DNA of 61,451 bases, filler included, from Squatina squatina (lineage: Eukaryota): NCBI GenBank assembly GCA_031763465.1. It is 4 parts of 4 records of this genome, joined end to end, with 100 filler letters (N's around TTAATTAATTAA, not from the genome) between each part and the next. Parts side by side here need not be neighbours in the genome. Positions count along the whole stretch, not along the records: positions 45,952 to 61,451 come from JARFOE010000194.1; 3 more parts are not named here. One strand, 5' to 3'. Shown here in pieces: positions 49,122 through 61,451 of the stretch. The notes beneath the pieces were generated by a model. That model was not told the origin of the DNA and did not search any database. It saw only the letters and a list, made by a program, of their open reading frames with translations. Position numbers and translations under genes: made by a program. Numbering within the stretch: position 1 is the stretch's first letter; every line of letters begins with the position of its first letter.

Positions 49122-49925
49122 TTCTTGGTATCTTGCTGCTGCAGAATTCTTCTGGGCTGTCACAGTCTCCAGGGTGTTTTGCAGGTCTTTGGAAATTTTC
49201 TGCAATATGTGATAGATGTGGGTTTTGGACTCCTTCCATTTGTTCTTCATCTCAACCATTTGCGTGGAAAATGCCGCCACTCGCTGCGCGTGAGATCAAT
49301 GCTCCTGAATCATAGTTCTTTTGAAGCTGGGCCTCTGTGATCTGGTTCTCTCGGCCCCTCACCTGAGGGCAATTACTTCTCCCCCCCTCCTGTCTCTTGT
49401 CAGATGCGTGTTGTCAAGTGTGCCTAAAGTGACCTTAGTCACCCTTGTCAGAACCTCTTCCTGCACCGTGTGGCAGTTCTTAGGTTGATGAAGGTTGCAT
49501 TGACTGCCTCTGCCACCTCCCTCCAGACAGCCTGCACCGCCCTCTTAGTGGACTTCCTGCCTTCAGTGCCCAGCTGTCCGCCTATCCGGCCTTTGCTTCT
49601 GTCAGCCACACCTCTGGAGATGCATCTGAGATTCAGGGACGCTGCCGCTCCTGAAGATGCAGCTGCTACCATTCTTCTTCCTGCTGCTCTGAAAGGGAAG
49701 CTCCCCTTCAGATGGCTGCAGCCTCTTAAATACTGCACAGGAACTGAACTTCCCTCCCTCACATGAGTGGTAAACTCATTAGGAGCAGTATAACTGCTCC
49801 AAGCCCACCGTGCACAGCAAACGAGGGCCCCAGAATGAAACTGCAATGGGTTAATGGCAGATTCATGTTGGTGGGCAGTTTTTCTGCTGTGCTGCTAATC
49901 CACCAATGGGAGGAGAATTCAGTCT
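49122..49925 (-). mobile_element. Degenerate PIF/Harbinger transposon remnant with a Myb/SANT-like (trihelix) ORF
   Basis: Frameshifted ERQRP*ISDASPEVWL joined to GRKSTKRAVQAVWREVAEAVNA..RTATRCRKRF. A TIR-like GACTGAATTCTCC lies at about 49912-49924. Confidence 0.7.
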
Positions 49926-52383
49926 GCTTACCTGTGGCTAAATGCGCAGTTACTACAATGGGTATCTGTCACTTTCTATCCTTTATTCCCTCAAACTCAT
50001 AAACCAAATAGAAGAGCCAGTATGACGATGTTAGATTGTGTGCTTCTCATAACAATGTTTGCTCTGCGTCTTTTAATTATGACTCTAATTGTTAATTTCA
50101 GTGTTGAACCTTCATTGCTTTTACTCAATGATTGCATTACCTCGAACATGGAGCAGTTAAGAGCTCTTGTAGATCCCATCCTGTGAGTGAGCAGCTGAGT
50201 AGCTGCAATTATCCAAATAAAATAAATTAGGATTCAAAATGAACAAGCGCTGGATAGTGCCCTTGAAAAGCAATGACTATGAATTAGTTCTATTTATTTT
50301 GATGGTTGTGGCGAGATTAAAGTAACTGTACGCTGTTCAGTTTAAATTGATGCTTGGCTTGTAGTCCCTCACATCTAAAACATGGCAAGAAAACACTTCC
50401 AGGGAATCTTAATGATTATGAGGAGTAAAATTTAAGATTACCTGTATGATTACATAGGATATATGACACAGAAACAGGGCATTTGGCCCAATCAGTCCAT
50501 GCTGGTAGCCAGTACAGATTCCTCCCTCGGCTTTGTGATGAAATGAAATCTCAAGCGGATTGTGGAAATGTGTTGACACAACTAATGTTGAAGTGCTACA
50601 GCTCTACTTCAAAAATCAAAACTTTGACAGAGTTCTACCCTAACGGCTGTTGTTTAATGTTAAAGCTGTGGGTATTTATTGGATAAGCAATTGGCTGAAG
50701 GGTGGAAAGCAAAGGGTACTTGCTTGGNNNNNNNNNNNNNNNNNNNNNNNNNNNNNNNNNNNNNNNNNNNNNNNNNNNNNNNNNNNNNNNNNNNNNNNNN
50801 NNNNNNNNNNNNNNNNNNNNNNNNNNNGATCTTAGTGAGAAGGACTTTGTTCTTCCGAACAGAGCAGTATATTAACTCTATCCCATCACAGAGGGCACGA
50901 CAGCAGAGACCAATGCTGTCCTCATCTGATATGAATGCAAACAATGCTTTGTATGTGATGCCATATAAGCACTGGTTATTACGTAACAGCATATGCAAAA
51001 ACTTTACAAAAACATATATATATTATATAAAATATGGTATATGATTAAACAGTTGCACACCAAAGACCACAGACACATCCCTGAGACACTAACTGCACTC
51101 AGTTTATCTTGCTTAGGGAGCATGCTGCCATGAAAACTGATTTTTAGAAAAATCTTTTACAAAATTATGATCAATATTAACACTTATTTTTCTCTTCAGT
51201 TGATCTTTTGAATCTTTGTTTAAACAAATAATGATAGTGACAGCACTGGCTTGGAAGGGTTTGAGCCCAACAGATGTGATGGAGCTGAGTTGCAGACACA
51301 GACAAATGCACTCTGTATTGTTAAGCTAATGCCGACTGCTCTTCTAATAATTTTGCTCCTGTACAGTTAGGATCCAAAACAAAAGAAAATGAGAAATATG
51401 TGTCACATTTTACTTTAGGTGATAGACTTTAATTCAAGTCTGATTTTCATGGACAATGCGCAGAGGCCCTGCAAATGATAGTAAATGTAATAGAGAATAA
51501 AGAGATACACGTATGATTTAGGTAATTCTTTGCCTTTCTTTCCCCATAGGTTAACCATTTATTAAACCAAATATCTGAAAGTTTACACATTTATTAATTA
51601 ATAATTCTGCATTGTTGCCATTTACTGATTTATTCAGCATTATGGATATCTCATTTTGTTAACCTTTTCTTTGGAAACATGTATAATTACCCACTGTGAC
51701 ACAGATTTCCCTCATATTATTAGTTTTTAATGTTGTTACATGGTCAGTTCGATGCATTGGCCAGCATTGTGGACATCATGTTGTTTGCTCATGTGCTGTT
51801 AAAAATAACTAAACCTTCTTCCCCAGTGGTTTCTAACATTGTTTAACAACCATTTTGTATTTGTGTTGAAATTATTATACTTAGCCTCAGCACCCGAAAG
51901 AGATTTATCCCACAATATTCACAGTGACCTTGTAAGTACAGTATGCTTAGTGATCAATCCAATCCATTGGATCGCTAAGTAACAGGCCAGGTTTTCCACA
52001 GAGCCTCTGCAACATTAAAGTTAGTTGCCGTGCAATTCAGCATCCAGGCGACAGTCTCCACTTCTGTTGAATAACAACAGCAATGGCACAGCTGTGTGTG
52101 AATGCGGATGTGTTAAAGTAAAATCGCTCTGAACAAAAGCATACCGGCCTCTCTGAATTCNNNNNNNNNNNNNNNNNNNNNNNNNNNNNNNNNNNNNNNN
52201 NNNNNNNNNNNNNNNNNNNNNNNNNNNNNNNNNNNNNNNNNNNNNNNNNNNNNNNNNNNNNNNNNNNNNNNNNNNNNNNNNNNNNNNNNNNNNNNNNNNN
52301 NNNNNNNNNNNNNNNNNNNNNNNNNNNNNNNNNNNNNNNNNNNNNNNNNNNNNNNNNNNNNNNNNNNNNNNNNNNNNNNNNNC

Positions 52384-52537
52384 GGAGCGGGGAGAGACTG
52401 GGGTAAAGAGAGCAGGAATCAGAGTTGGAAGAGAGAGGGAATCGGAGGGGGAGTGACTGGGGGAGAGAGAGGGAAATGGAGGGGAAGCGATTGGCAGAGA
52501 GAGAGGGGGAAGCGGAGGGGGGAGAGACGGGGGGAGA
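52384..52537. repeat. GA-rich polypurine low-complexity tract
   Basis: Mostly G/A sequence next to a gap. Confidence 0.8.
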
Positions 52538-54884
52538 AATCTTGACCAATACTCTGGAGAGCGCATTTGATGTACTGCTCTCTCTTAGTAAGGACACAGT
52601 CCTCCTCACTGAGATTCTCGGAAAAGGCATCCTCAAGAGCACATTCGTAGGTTATAAGCAGGCTATTTTTTCTTTTATGTTTTGTCTTGAATCCTTAAAT
52701 ACTTCTTTCTGTCAAGCTGGCCATGTATGGAGAAGGTTTCAGACTGAACTTGCTTAAAACAGAATTGACAGTCAAAAAGCTGCTAACACTGTTTCACTAC
52801 CTTTCCTCGCAGCAGTAAAGATTTACGTTTTTAACCCATTTTGAGCCTGTTATTTAGATATTCTTTTGGATAGATTCTCAGTAGGAGAATATTGAGAATG
52901 GATTTTCATTCAAGCCTGCCAGTGCAATAGTGTGAAGTGTTCTTAGAAAGATAGAGTGCCGTAATTACCAGGTGCATGTGTTCATTAATTTTAGCCAGTG
53001 CAGAATCTTTGAGTTCCTCTCCAGTGGTCTGTGCTTGAGGCTCCATAGATCTAAATTGTATCTGCTCACACGTTGCAAAAAATGGTGACTCTTTGAGTTC
53101 AATTTCATGCACCATTGCAATGGCCTTTTGTACAGGGTGCATATACTTACTTCAATAACCAGAATTGAGAACCAATTTGGTAAACTATGAAAATGATTTG
53201 ATTCCCAGGTGGCCTTTATTTTGATAGTGTTCCAATGGAAACAGGGTGAAGATGTGCTACAGGCACTTAATTCTGGTTAATATCAGCGTGTAACAGGCTC
53301 TCAGTGGCTATCCTTGTGCTCCAACATGTACTGCTTTTAACATCTTCGAAACTTTGTAGCATTATTATTTTCCAGAGCAGTTTTGGCGAACTCAGCACAA
53401 GTTTAATGAAGATTATTGAGAATTTCAAAAAAATATATTTGGGCCTAGTCACTTGCCGTTGTCTCCTCCTTTGTAGTCAAGAGACAAGGATCAGGCAATA
53501 ATGGGAGAAAGTATGTATATGATGCAGTTGTAAGCACACGGGAGCAATTTGCATGACACTGAGAAGGCAATCATACAGGTGACTTGTCTTCAAGCCTCTG
53601 GCATTGGTGTCCTTAAACTACTGCTTGGAACTGTTTAAGAGCGACCTGCATTAACTTTCATCCACAGCTTCCTGTACCCCTCACTGGAGAACCATGTTTT
53701 CTGTCCAGGTTTCCCGAGACAGCCAGGCTGAACGGGGAGTCACAGTGGTGGGAGGGGTGAGAACCTAAATTCACGCCCACCGTGTCACTGAATGTTAGTA
53801 GGCCTACACTAACATTCAATGTTCGTATACACACATACTATAATTCAAGCACTCTGTGACATTGAGGGAGATAATTTACCTGGGAGTGGATTGCGGTCAA
53901 CCCNNNNNNNNNNNNNNNNNNNNNNNNNNNNNNNNNNNNNNNNNNNNNNNNNNNNNNNNNNNNNNNNNNNNNNNNNNNNNNNNNNNNNNNNNNNNNNNNN
54001 NNNTTGTGGGAGCAGAATAAGACTGTGGTCTCGTGCGTATTCGGAATTGAGCGAACCTTGTTGGCTCATTTGAGTTAACAGCCATCACTGACAGGAAACA
54101 TGCATTCAACTTGTTTGGTTTGGATTCAAAACCAGGTTGCAGAGGTTGAGGGAAAAGCAGTTTGAATTATTGCCTTAAGCGTCAATGGCAATCCCAAGAA
54201 TGGGACAACATTTTTATCACAGCAACGAAGACAGGTTATATCCCGTTTGAGCTCTAATTTCCTTGTGTAACTTCTACACATCACACTTTGAATATCTTTA
54301 GTAAGGGAGCATCTAGTGCATGAAAAGATTTCTAACCAAACCAGTGTTTAATTCAGCAAAACGTGTTTGACCTAGATTTTAAATGGATGCGTGATTTTTA
54401 AATCTCACCTGGGAATTCAGACAGCATGTACATGGTTTAATGTACTAAATAAAGAACAAGAAATCAGCCACTGGAAAAAAAATCTATAACACCCCGTTGC
54501 AATTATAGATTTAGTACTAGTTTATTATTCAAGGTTATTTTATGAAAGATCATTCCTTTTGTTACCATTTTAAAGAGACAACTGTACTGCTATACTCAAA
54601 AAAAATAGTTGAATGGGAGACTAAATGGTGCAATGGGTTTCACTTCAGGGATCTGGGGTCCAATGCAGGTCCAACCATTGGGATGAAGGTCTCGTAGCAT
54701 CACAAGATAGATGGGGATGAGGAGTTCCATTCAGTGCATCCCAGCTCATACATCCAAGAAAAAATGCTATATTCCTCCTTTTCCCCTTCCCCAAATCACA
54801 GGACACAGCTGTTTCTTGAATAATTCAAAAGATTTTGCTTCCACTATCCAAAGTGTTTCTCATTCTTTGAATGAAGAATCGGCT

Positions 54885-55280
54885 TCAAGTTAAGAAACAA
54901 TTCAATTTTAAAATTCTCATCCTTGTTTTAAAATACCTCCATGGCCTCACCGCTCCTTATCTTTGTAATCTCCTCCAGTCCTATAATCCCCCTAGATCTC
55001 TGTGCTTCGCTATTTTAAATGCTCCACCCATGGTGATCATACCTTCAACTGTCGAGGTCCTAAGCTCAGCCATCCCCTCCCTAAATCTCTCCACCTCCTT
55101 CTCTTTCCTTCTTTAAGACGCTCCGTAATACTTACCTTTTCAACCAAGCTGGTTATCTGCCCTAATACTCCTTACATGGCTCGGTGTCAAATTTTGTTTT
55201 TTTGATAACACTCCTGTGAAGTCCCCTGGGACGTTTTATTACGTTAACGGTGCTAAATAAATATAAGTTGTTGTTGAAGA
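54885..55280 (+). mobile_element. L2 LINE 3' end
   Basis: FKILILVLKYLHGLTAPYLCNLLQSYNPPRSL followed by tail CTCCTGTGAAG..TTACGTTAACGGTGCT..AAGTTGTTGTTG. Confidence 0.85.
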
Positions 55281-58200
55281 GGGATTACTGTTCTAAATTT
55301 GCTTTTTTGACAGTTTGAATTTTACATATTCACAGTTCAATTTGCAGCAATGTTCAAAATTTACCTTTAACATACCATTTATTATCTTGTATATGTCTAT
55401 AGAAGTTCACCATCAGTGGCTTTGTTTCAAGGGTGAATAGCTTGTGTTTCTCAGGTGTGTCCTTATAACTCAGTCCTCTGAAATGGGACTCAATTGCATG
55501 GTCCTTCTCTGCAATGTCTCCAGGACTTGAATATGTCCCTCGTGTTTAGGTGACGAGAACTAGACGCAGTACTCAAGGTGTGACNNNNNNNNNNNNNNNN
55601 NNNNNNNNNNNNNNNNNNNNNNNNNNNNNNNNNNNNNNNNNNNNNNNNNNNNNNNNNNNNNNNNNNNNNNNNNNNNNNNNNNNNATTGACACTGTCAGTG
55701 CTAAGTTTTTTTTCAAACATCTCCCCAAGTGTTCCATTAGTGATTTGTTTAGCAACAAATGCTTTCATCTCGAAATTGTGCTGCCAGCCTATGGAAATGT
55801 CAATAGCAGACTAAAATCAATACTTTGGACAGTATGAAGTCGTAACTCCGTGTGGCTACATTTTAATTTATGTTGCTTTATGGCAGGCTTCAGAATGCTT
55901 GAAAGAGTGAGTGTTCAGCCCAAGTAATTTATTAAGTTGAAAGGCCACACTGTGCTGCAATGTGAGGAGCCATTGCCAAGCTTTTCTTCCAACTTAATAC
56001 CAAGATAAAAGTGATTTTGAACCACCGAGTTGAATGTTGAGTTTAATAATAAAAACATCTTTTGTTATTAAAGGTAATAAATATTAAAGTCATGGAAGAA
56101 CTTTATGTGTCTGTAATTTCAGATTTTAACACGAAAGGAAATTGTCATTTGAATACATGAAAATAAACCGAATAATCTCCTTGATTAACACTAAGTCTTG
56201 CACTTCGCCAGTCAATGGCAGCAATGGAAATTTACATTGGTGACAGTAGCAGAGATAATTTTCTAACCTGGTTGAAAGTTAGTATTTAAATTGCTGGTCA
56301 ACTTCAGGACAGGTTCCATCCAGTGCTGTAACCTCGTAATTTTGTCCTCTGACAATTGCAAAATTATTGGGTACATTTATGACAAAGATAAGGGCAGTCT
56401 TATCTCCTCAAAGTAAGATCACCGTTTCTGTTTCATAATGTTTTTGCTGGTCAAATGAAGGGATATCAGTGNNNNNNNNNNNNNNNNNNNNNNNNNNNNN
56501 NNNNNNNNNNNNNNNNNNNNNNNNNNNNNNNNNNNNNNNNNNNNNNNNNNNNNNNNNNNNNNNNNNNNNNNTATCAGAGATGATGGATGACTGTTGTCTT
56601 TTTACCCAAATAACCTGGTGCGTTAGGATGTTATTCTGAGCCTCTCTTTCCTCAGTAGCCCTCCACGTAGTCAGAACATTAACACACTGCTACACAGCTG
56701 CAGTAATTATTTTCACTGATGTAGTGCTGTTCATCTGCAGTCACAGAGCAACTCTTTATACCACACATTTACATTTAAAAGCAGGCTGACAAGTGGAAAT
56801 GGAAATTTTGTCCATTTCTTAGGGAGTGGATAGAAACAGGCTCAAAAATGTTACCATACAACACTAATAAATTATCAGATTATTATTTTTTTATTTTGCA
56901 GAAAATTGATGTTCCGTCTTACCCTGTGAGTGTTTATCGGCTCCTTGAATTTACATTTCAGAGCTAGTAACATGACAGTGGAAAATTACATTTTTATGTT
57001 CAATGATAGCTCTCCATTTGTGTGAATTTATTAAATTTTGATAATTTTCAGAGGGCACAGCTCGCTTGTGTTGTACACTGCATGTAATATGAGATTAGGT
57101 TGGTTAGATAGTTGTATTGGTCTCTCTTATCATGTGTAATTGCAATGGTGCTTTGCTGGAGATTAAATCAGATAGTCTGCATTGCAGGGGTTAGAAAAAA
57201 AATCACTTGCCTGCCAGGTTTCTTAATTTACATTACATCCACACTATGCTGTACTGAGAAAATGAATATGAAAATCTGGGTTTTGGTGATAATACAAATC
57301 AGAAGAGATTCTGTAATCTGATGGACCTCACATTTAACGCTTTCACTTCCCCTTCTTCCGAGCAAGTGAACTACCCCTTTCATGCAATGGGGAATCCAGT
57401 AGCTGGATTCAATCACACGTTAAAGAGTGAGGGATTCATTCCGAGTGGAATGCCAGGTTTCCATAGAGATATTTCACAATCTCCAACACAATTGGATCCC
57501 TGTCCCTTATTATATTCCACTCGTGCCACTAAGCGTACAGCTGCTGTCGCCTGCTCTTTGTGTTCCACATTCTCAGTCTTATTACAGTTTATTTCATTTG
57601 AGGAGTTTCCAGNNNNNNNNNNNNNNNNNNNNNNNNNNNNNNNNNNNNNNNNNNNNNNNNNNNNNNNNNNNNNNNNNNNNNNNNNNNNNNNNNNNNNNNN
57701 NNNNNNNNNNNNATGCCTGGCTACGTTCCTGTTTCTAGTAGAATTCAAACCACAAATAAGGGAATGGTTCTTCATTGCTTTTACGGTCAAGGCATAAAAA
57801 GAGAGTATCTGTATTTCTTTAGTGTTATGAGTTTTCCCAAAGGAAACTCAAACAGAAGAACATTGAAACATATTGGTTTAAAAATGGTGATTTTTGTCAA
57901 AATTTATTGATATTTCCAATTTGCCAAGAACTCCGTTCATCTTCCACCAAGGTGATGTCACCCACAAAGTGGGAAACTTTGAAATATGCACAATGACAAA
58001 GAAGGCCATCTTACTATCAGTATGATAAATTGATTGAACTAAACTAGCACAATGCCACTGAAAGGATGCAACAATGAATTATAAGGTGCCATTAGCTTTG
58101 GGCATGAGATGAAGCTGTCTTGAGTAAAGTTGTACAAATAAAATGGAAGTTAATTTACGGAGGTTTTTTTTCTTAATCATTTGGCTCGAGAAGCACCACA

Positions 58201-59855
58201 GTGGAATATTTATTGCACTGTGCATGTTTTTTTCCCAGCTTCTCTGTCATTTGTATTTAGCCTATTTTATTTTTATGAGACTGTGAGCAGAATGGAAAGC
58301 AAAGCAAAGGGAGAAATGTCTGTCTTCATCAAGATGATTAAGATATTTGATTGTAAATAACAAAAATCAGACAGTGGCATTCAGATCCTCAACATATAGT
58401 TAACCTTGTGATGGGTGTCATTATTGAAGAAAAAAAGTAAGGAAACTAATTCCTCTAATTCTTGACAGCGCAAAAGTTCTGCGCTGTTTCACCAAGAGCA
58501 AATGGGACAGTTTTAAAAAAAAATCCACATCACTGCAGTATTGATGTTCTGTGTAGCTTTCTTGTCACATGGCCCATGGCTTGCCATTATTTGAGACCAC
58601 TTTGTGAAGATGCAGTGAAGGTGCTAAATCATAATTTCCTGATTGTTCCTACTACATTGCGAACCCTGCAGGTGAGGGATGTTTTCCGTCTGTCTTCATA
58701 TCCATGCACTTGCACACGTTTGTATGCCAAGACGAAAAAGGTTGCATTTAATTACCAGTGCAATTTCATGCAATTAAATNNNNNNNNNNNNNNNNNNNNN
58801 NNNNNNNNNNNNNNNNNNNNNNNNNNNNNNNNNNNNNNNNNNNNNNNNNNNNNNNNNNNNNNNNNNNNNNNNNNNNNNNGCCCTTGAACATATTATTCAC
58901 GAAACTCGAGGCAATATTGGGTCTTTCTGAACAAGTTAGTTTATATTCTCCTTAATAAAGGCTTGAATTATAATATTCATTTGAGGTGATCTCTGAGTGA
59001 CGTGCTTGTCAGGTTTTTATGTGCCTGTGGATTTGTGTACCACTGAAGCAGTCAGCAGAACAGAGTAATGGGCTCTGTGAATAACTGTCAGTCTGAACTG
59101 CTGGAGACTTAATTTTGAGTGAAAAAATTCTGAGCTGGAAAGAAGTCATGAAAATCCAGTCTGCTTGTATCTATTCTGTGAAGAGGGCTTATCTGTTGCT
59201 GGCCAGACATTCCTTTGCTAAAGACAGGCTCATTTGTTTATTCAAAAGATCTTAAGCTATGGAGTGACAGGTGGATTCTCTCCGTGTGAGTACTGCTGAG
59301 ACTAAAAATACTGCAGACAATTATGAGACCTAATCTGGCCTGCAATACATGCTTGTTGAGGTATCCCTTTTGATCTCTTCGAATGTTCTTTGTCCCTAAT
59401 TAACCACCTCACCACAGAAATGACAACTTAATTTGTTTTGTGTCACGTTCTCTTAATTCTTTGTTTCGCAAACTGAACAGTGTTTAAGGAATAGCCTGAT
59501 GGTTAATTATTTGAAGAACACAGAGAGAGATGCAAGCATTGAAACACATTCCAGTGCATTACAGCACCTCCCCCCACCCCTCCTCACCCCGATCATCAGT
59601 GGTTCATCACTCAGCAGAGAGCTTTTAACCCATTAAGTCCAGAATCATTCAGAATGGTTGGTCTGCTACAAGCTTGTCACATTGGGAAGGGCAAGGGGTT
59701 GAGTTTGAGCTTCTTATGTTAAATTGATGCCAAATCCACACAGATCCCATTTCCTCAGAGTCCCCAACCTTCTTAATTAGGTGGAACAATTGGAAGGGAT
59801 AAAGTACAGTGTGAAATAGAAAAAGTATGTAGAATTGTGCTGCAGGAGCATAAGT

Positions 59856-59931
59856 ATCAGCCATGACTCAGTGGTAGCACTCTCGTCTCTGAGTCAGAAG
59901 GTTGTGTGTTGTAGTCCCATGTCAGAGACGC
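59856..59931 (+). mobile_element. DeuSINE 5' tRNA-like head running into a gap
   Basis: TCAGCCATGACTCAGTGGTAGCACTCTCGTCTCTGAGTCAGAAGGTTGTG matches the head at 9729. Confidence 0.7.
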
Positions 59932-61451
59932 NNNNNNNNNNNNNNNNNNNNNNNNNNNNNNNNNNNNNNNNNNNNNNNNNNNNNNNNNNNNNNNNNNNNN
60001 NNNNNNNNNNNNNNNNNNNNNNNNNNNNNNNNNNNNNNNNNNNNNNNNNNNNNNNNNNNNNNNNNNNNNNNNNNNNNNNNNNNNNNNNNNNNNNNNNNNN
60101 NNNNNNNNNNNNNNNNNNNNNNNNNNNNNNNNNNNNNNNNNNNNNNNNNNNNNNNNNNNNNNNNNNNNNNNNNNNNNNNNNNNNNNNNNNNNNNNNNNNN
60201 NNNNNNNNNNNNNNNNNNNNNNNNNNNNNNNNNNNNNNNNNNNNNNNNNNNNNNNNNNNNNNNNNNNNNNNNNNNNNNNNNNNNNNNNNNNNNNNNNNNN
60301 NNNNNNNNNNNNNNNNNNNNNNNNNNNNNNNGTTTTAGTTCCTGCATGCTAAGACATCTACATTAGGATATTCCCATTTTGTACCCACACTTGCAACTCT
60401 TTTGTGCTTAAAGTGTTTCTCTCAATTTGTATCCACACGCACACCTCCCACACACTCGTAATGTTTCCTGCACATTCTCAGGATAAATAACTCTAGTTCT
60501 AATGAATCATGCTGGTTCTTGGCCCAATATACTTAATGATACCAAAGAACAAATGCCATGCCAGCAACCAGTCTGTTATCTGTACTGTTGTTTTACACCA
60601 TTCAATATTCTGATGTAGTAATTATTTTTAAATTCAGTAATAAACTCCAAAAATTAAGCAGTATCAATTGAGCCAATTTATCAGTTAACTGGACTTTAAA
60701 CTAGGAAACAGAATTAGTCTATACACTACTATGGAGCCTCATAAAGCTGATGACAGCCATTTATAAATAGAAAATTAACTCCATTTGTAAGGTGGGGTGA
60801 AGCCAATTGACTCTATTCTTTGTTGTTTATTCTTTGACATCTAGACTAGACTGATTGCTCATGGATTGATCATTGCCATTGACAAAGCGCAACCCATCAG
60901 TAAGGTCACTGGCTTTCGGTTTCATGGAAAAGATCAGATGGATTCAAGAAAGGAATTGCCCAAAACACTCATAAATATCCCAGAAACCCATGTAATAAAC
61001 TGGAATTTGACTTGTTCACTGTAAGACAGCAGTTAAGCTTACAGAGAATAGCAGCCCCTTTGTACATTATAGGCATGACCACTGGTTTTCAGTTTTCACA
61101 GAAAAACAAATTGAATTGCAGAATGTGATTTCCCAAAACACTGATAAAATCCGAGAATCACATGTAATAAAAAATAGAATTTGACTTGTTCAGTCCCTGA
61201 AAAGTAATGACCCAGGTCAAGATTAATCAGCGTGGCTTTTGGTAGTTGGAGCCTGGACATAAAGAGCAATGGAAGAAATACATCCATTAGAGTTAGCCAC
61301 ATGTACATGGTATCATTGGCAACGATATTTGAGTCCTCCATCATCAAACAGTGATTCAAAAAGTTGGTGCTGTTTTAATTCTGGATTGGAGGGTTCAGCG
61401 TAAACCTAATGGCACTATCATTAAGGCACATCAGGCGTGACTTGGGAGGAG

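Overview
This is eukaryotic, AT-rich vertebrate DNA from a fragmented draft assembly. The repeat content (DeuSINE/SacSINE1-like SINEs, CR1, L2, Penelope, Harbinger MITEs) points to a cartilaginous fish, which is my inference. The window is not one locus. Four unrelated scaffolds are joined by artificial 100-nt N44-TTAATTAATTAA-N44 linkers, and each has many 100-N gaps. Block 1 (1-14115) holds tandem peptidyl-arginine deiminase (PADI) 3' exons on the minus strand, a secreted or surface LRR gene exon among them, and exons of an unidentified coiled-coil gene on the plus strand. Block 2 (14216-31655) holds the 3' end of ABCB7 and a Blackjack-type hAT end with a GC-rich minisatellite. Block 3 (31756-45851) holds three 5' exons of DOCK1. 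Block 4 (45952-61451) holds dystrophin exons 43 and 44 equivalents followed by probable intron 44. Highlights are a PADI copy with the catalytic Cys changed to Arg and its stop codon lost, an in-frame TAA in the dystrophin exon 43 equivalent, a VLR/GP5-like LRR exon inside the PADI cluster, and hammerhead-ribozyme-like motifs in Penelope terminal repeats. Gene and repeat identities come from recognition of protein and repeat motifs, not from database searches.
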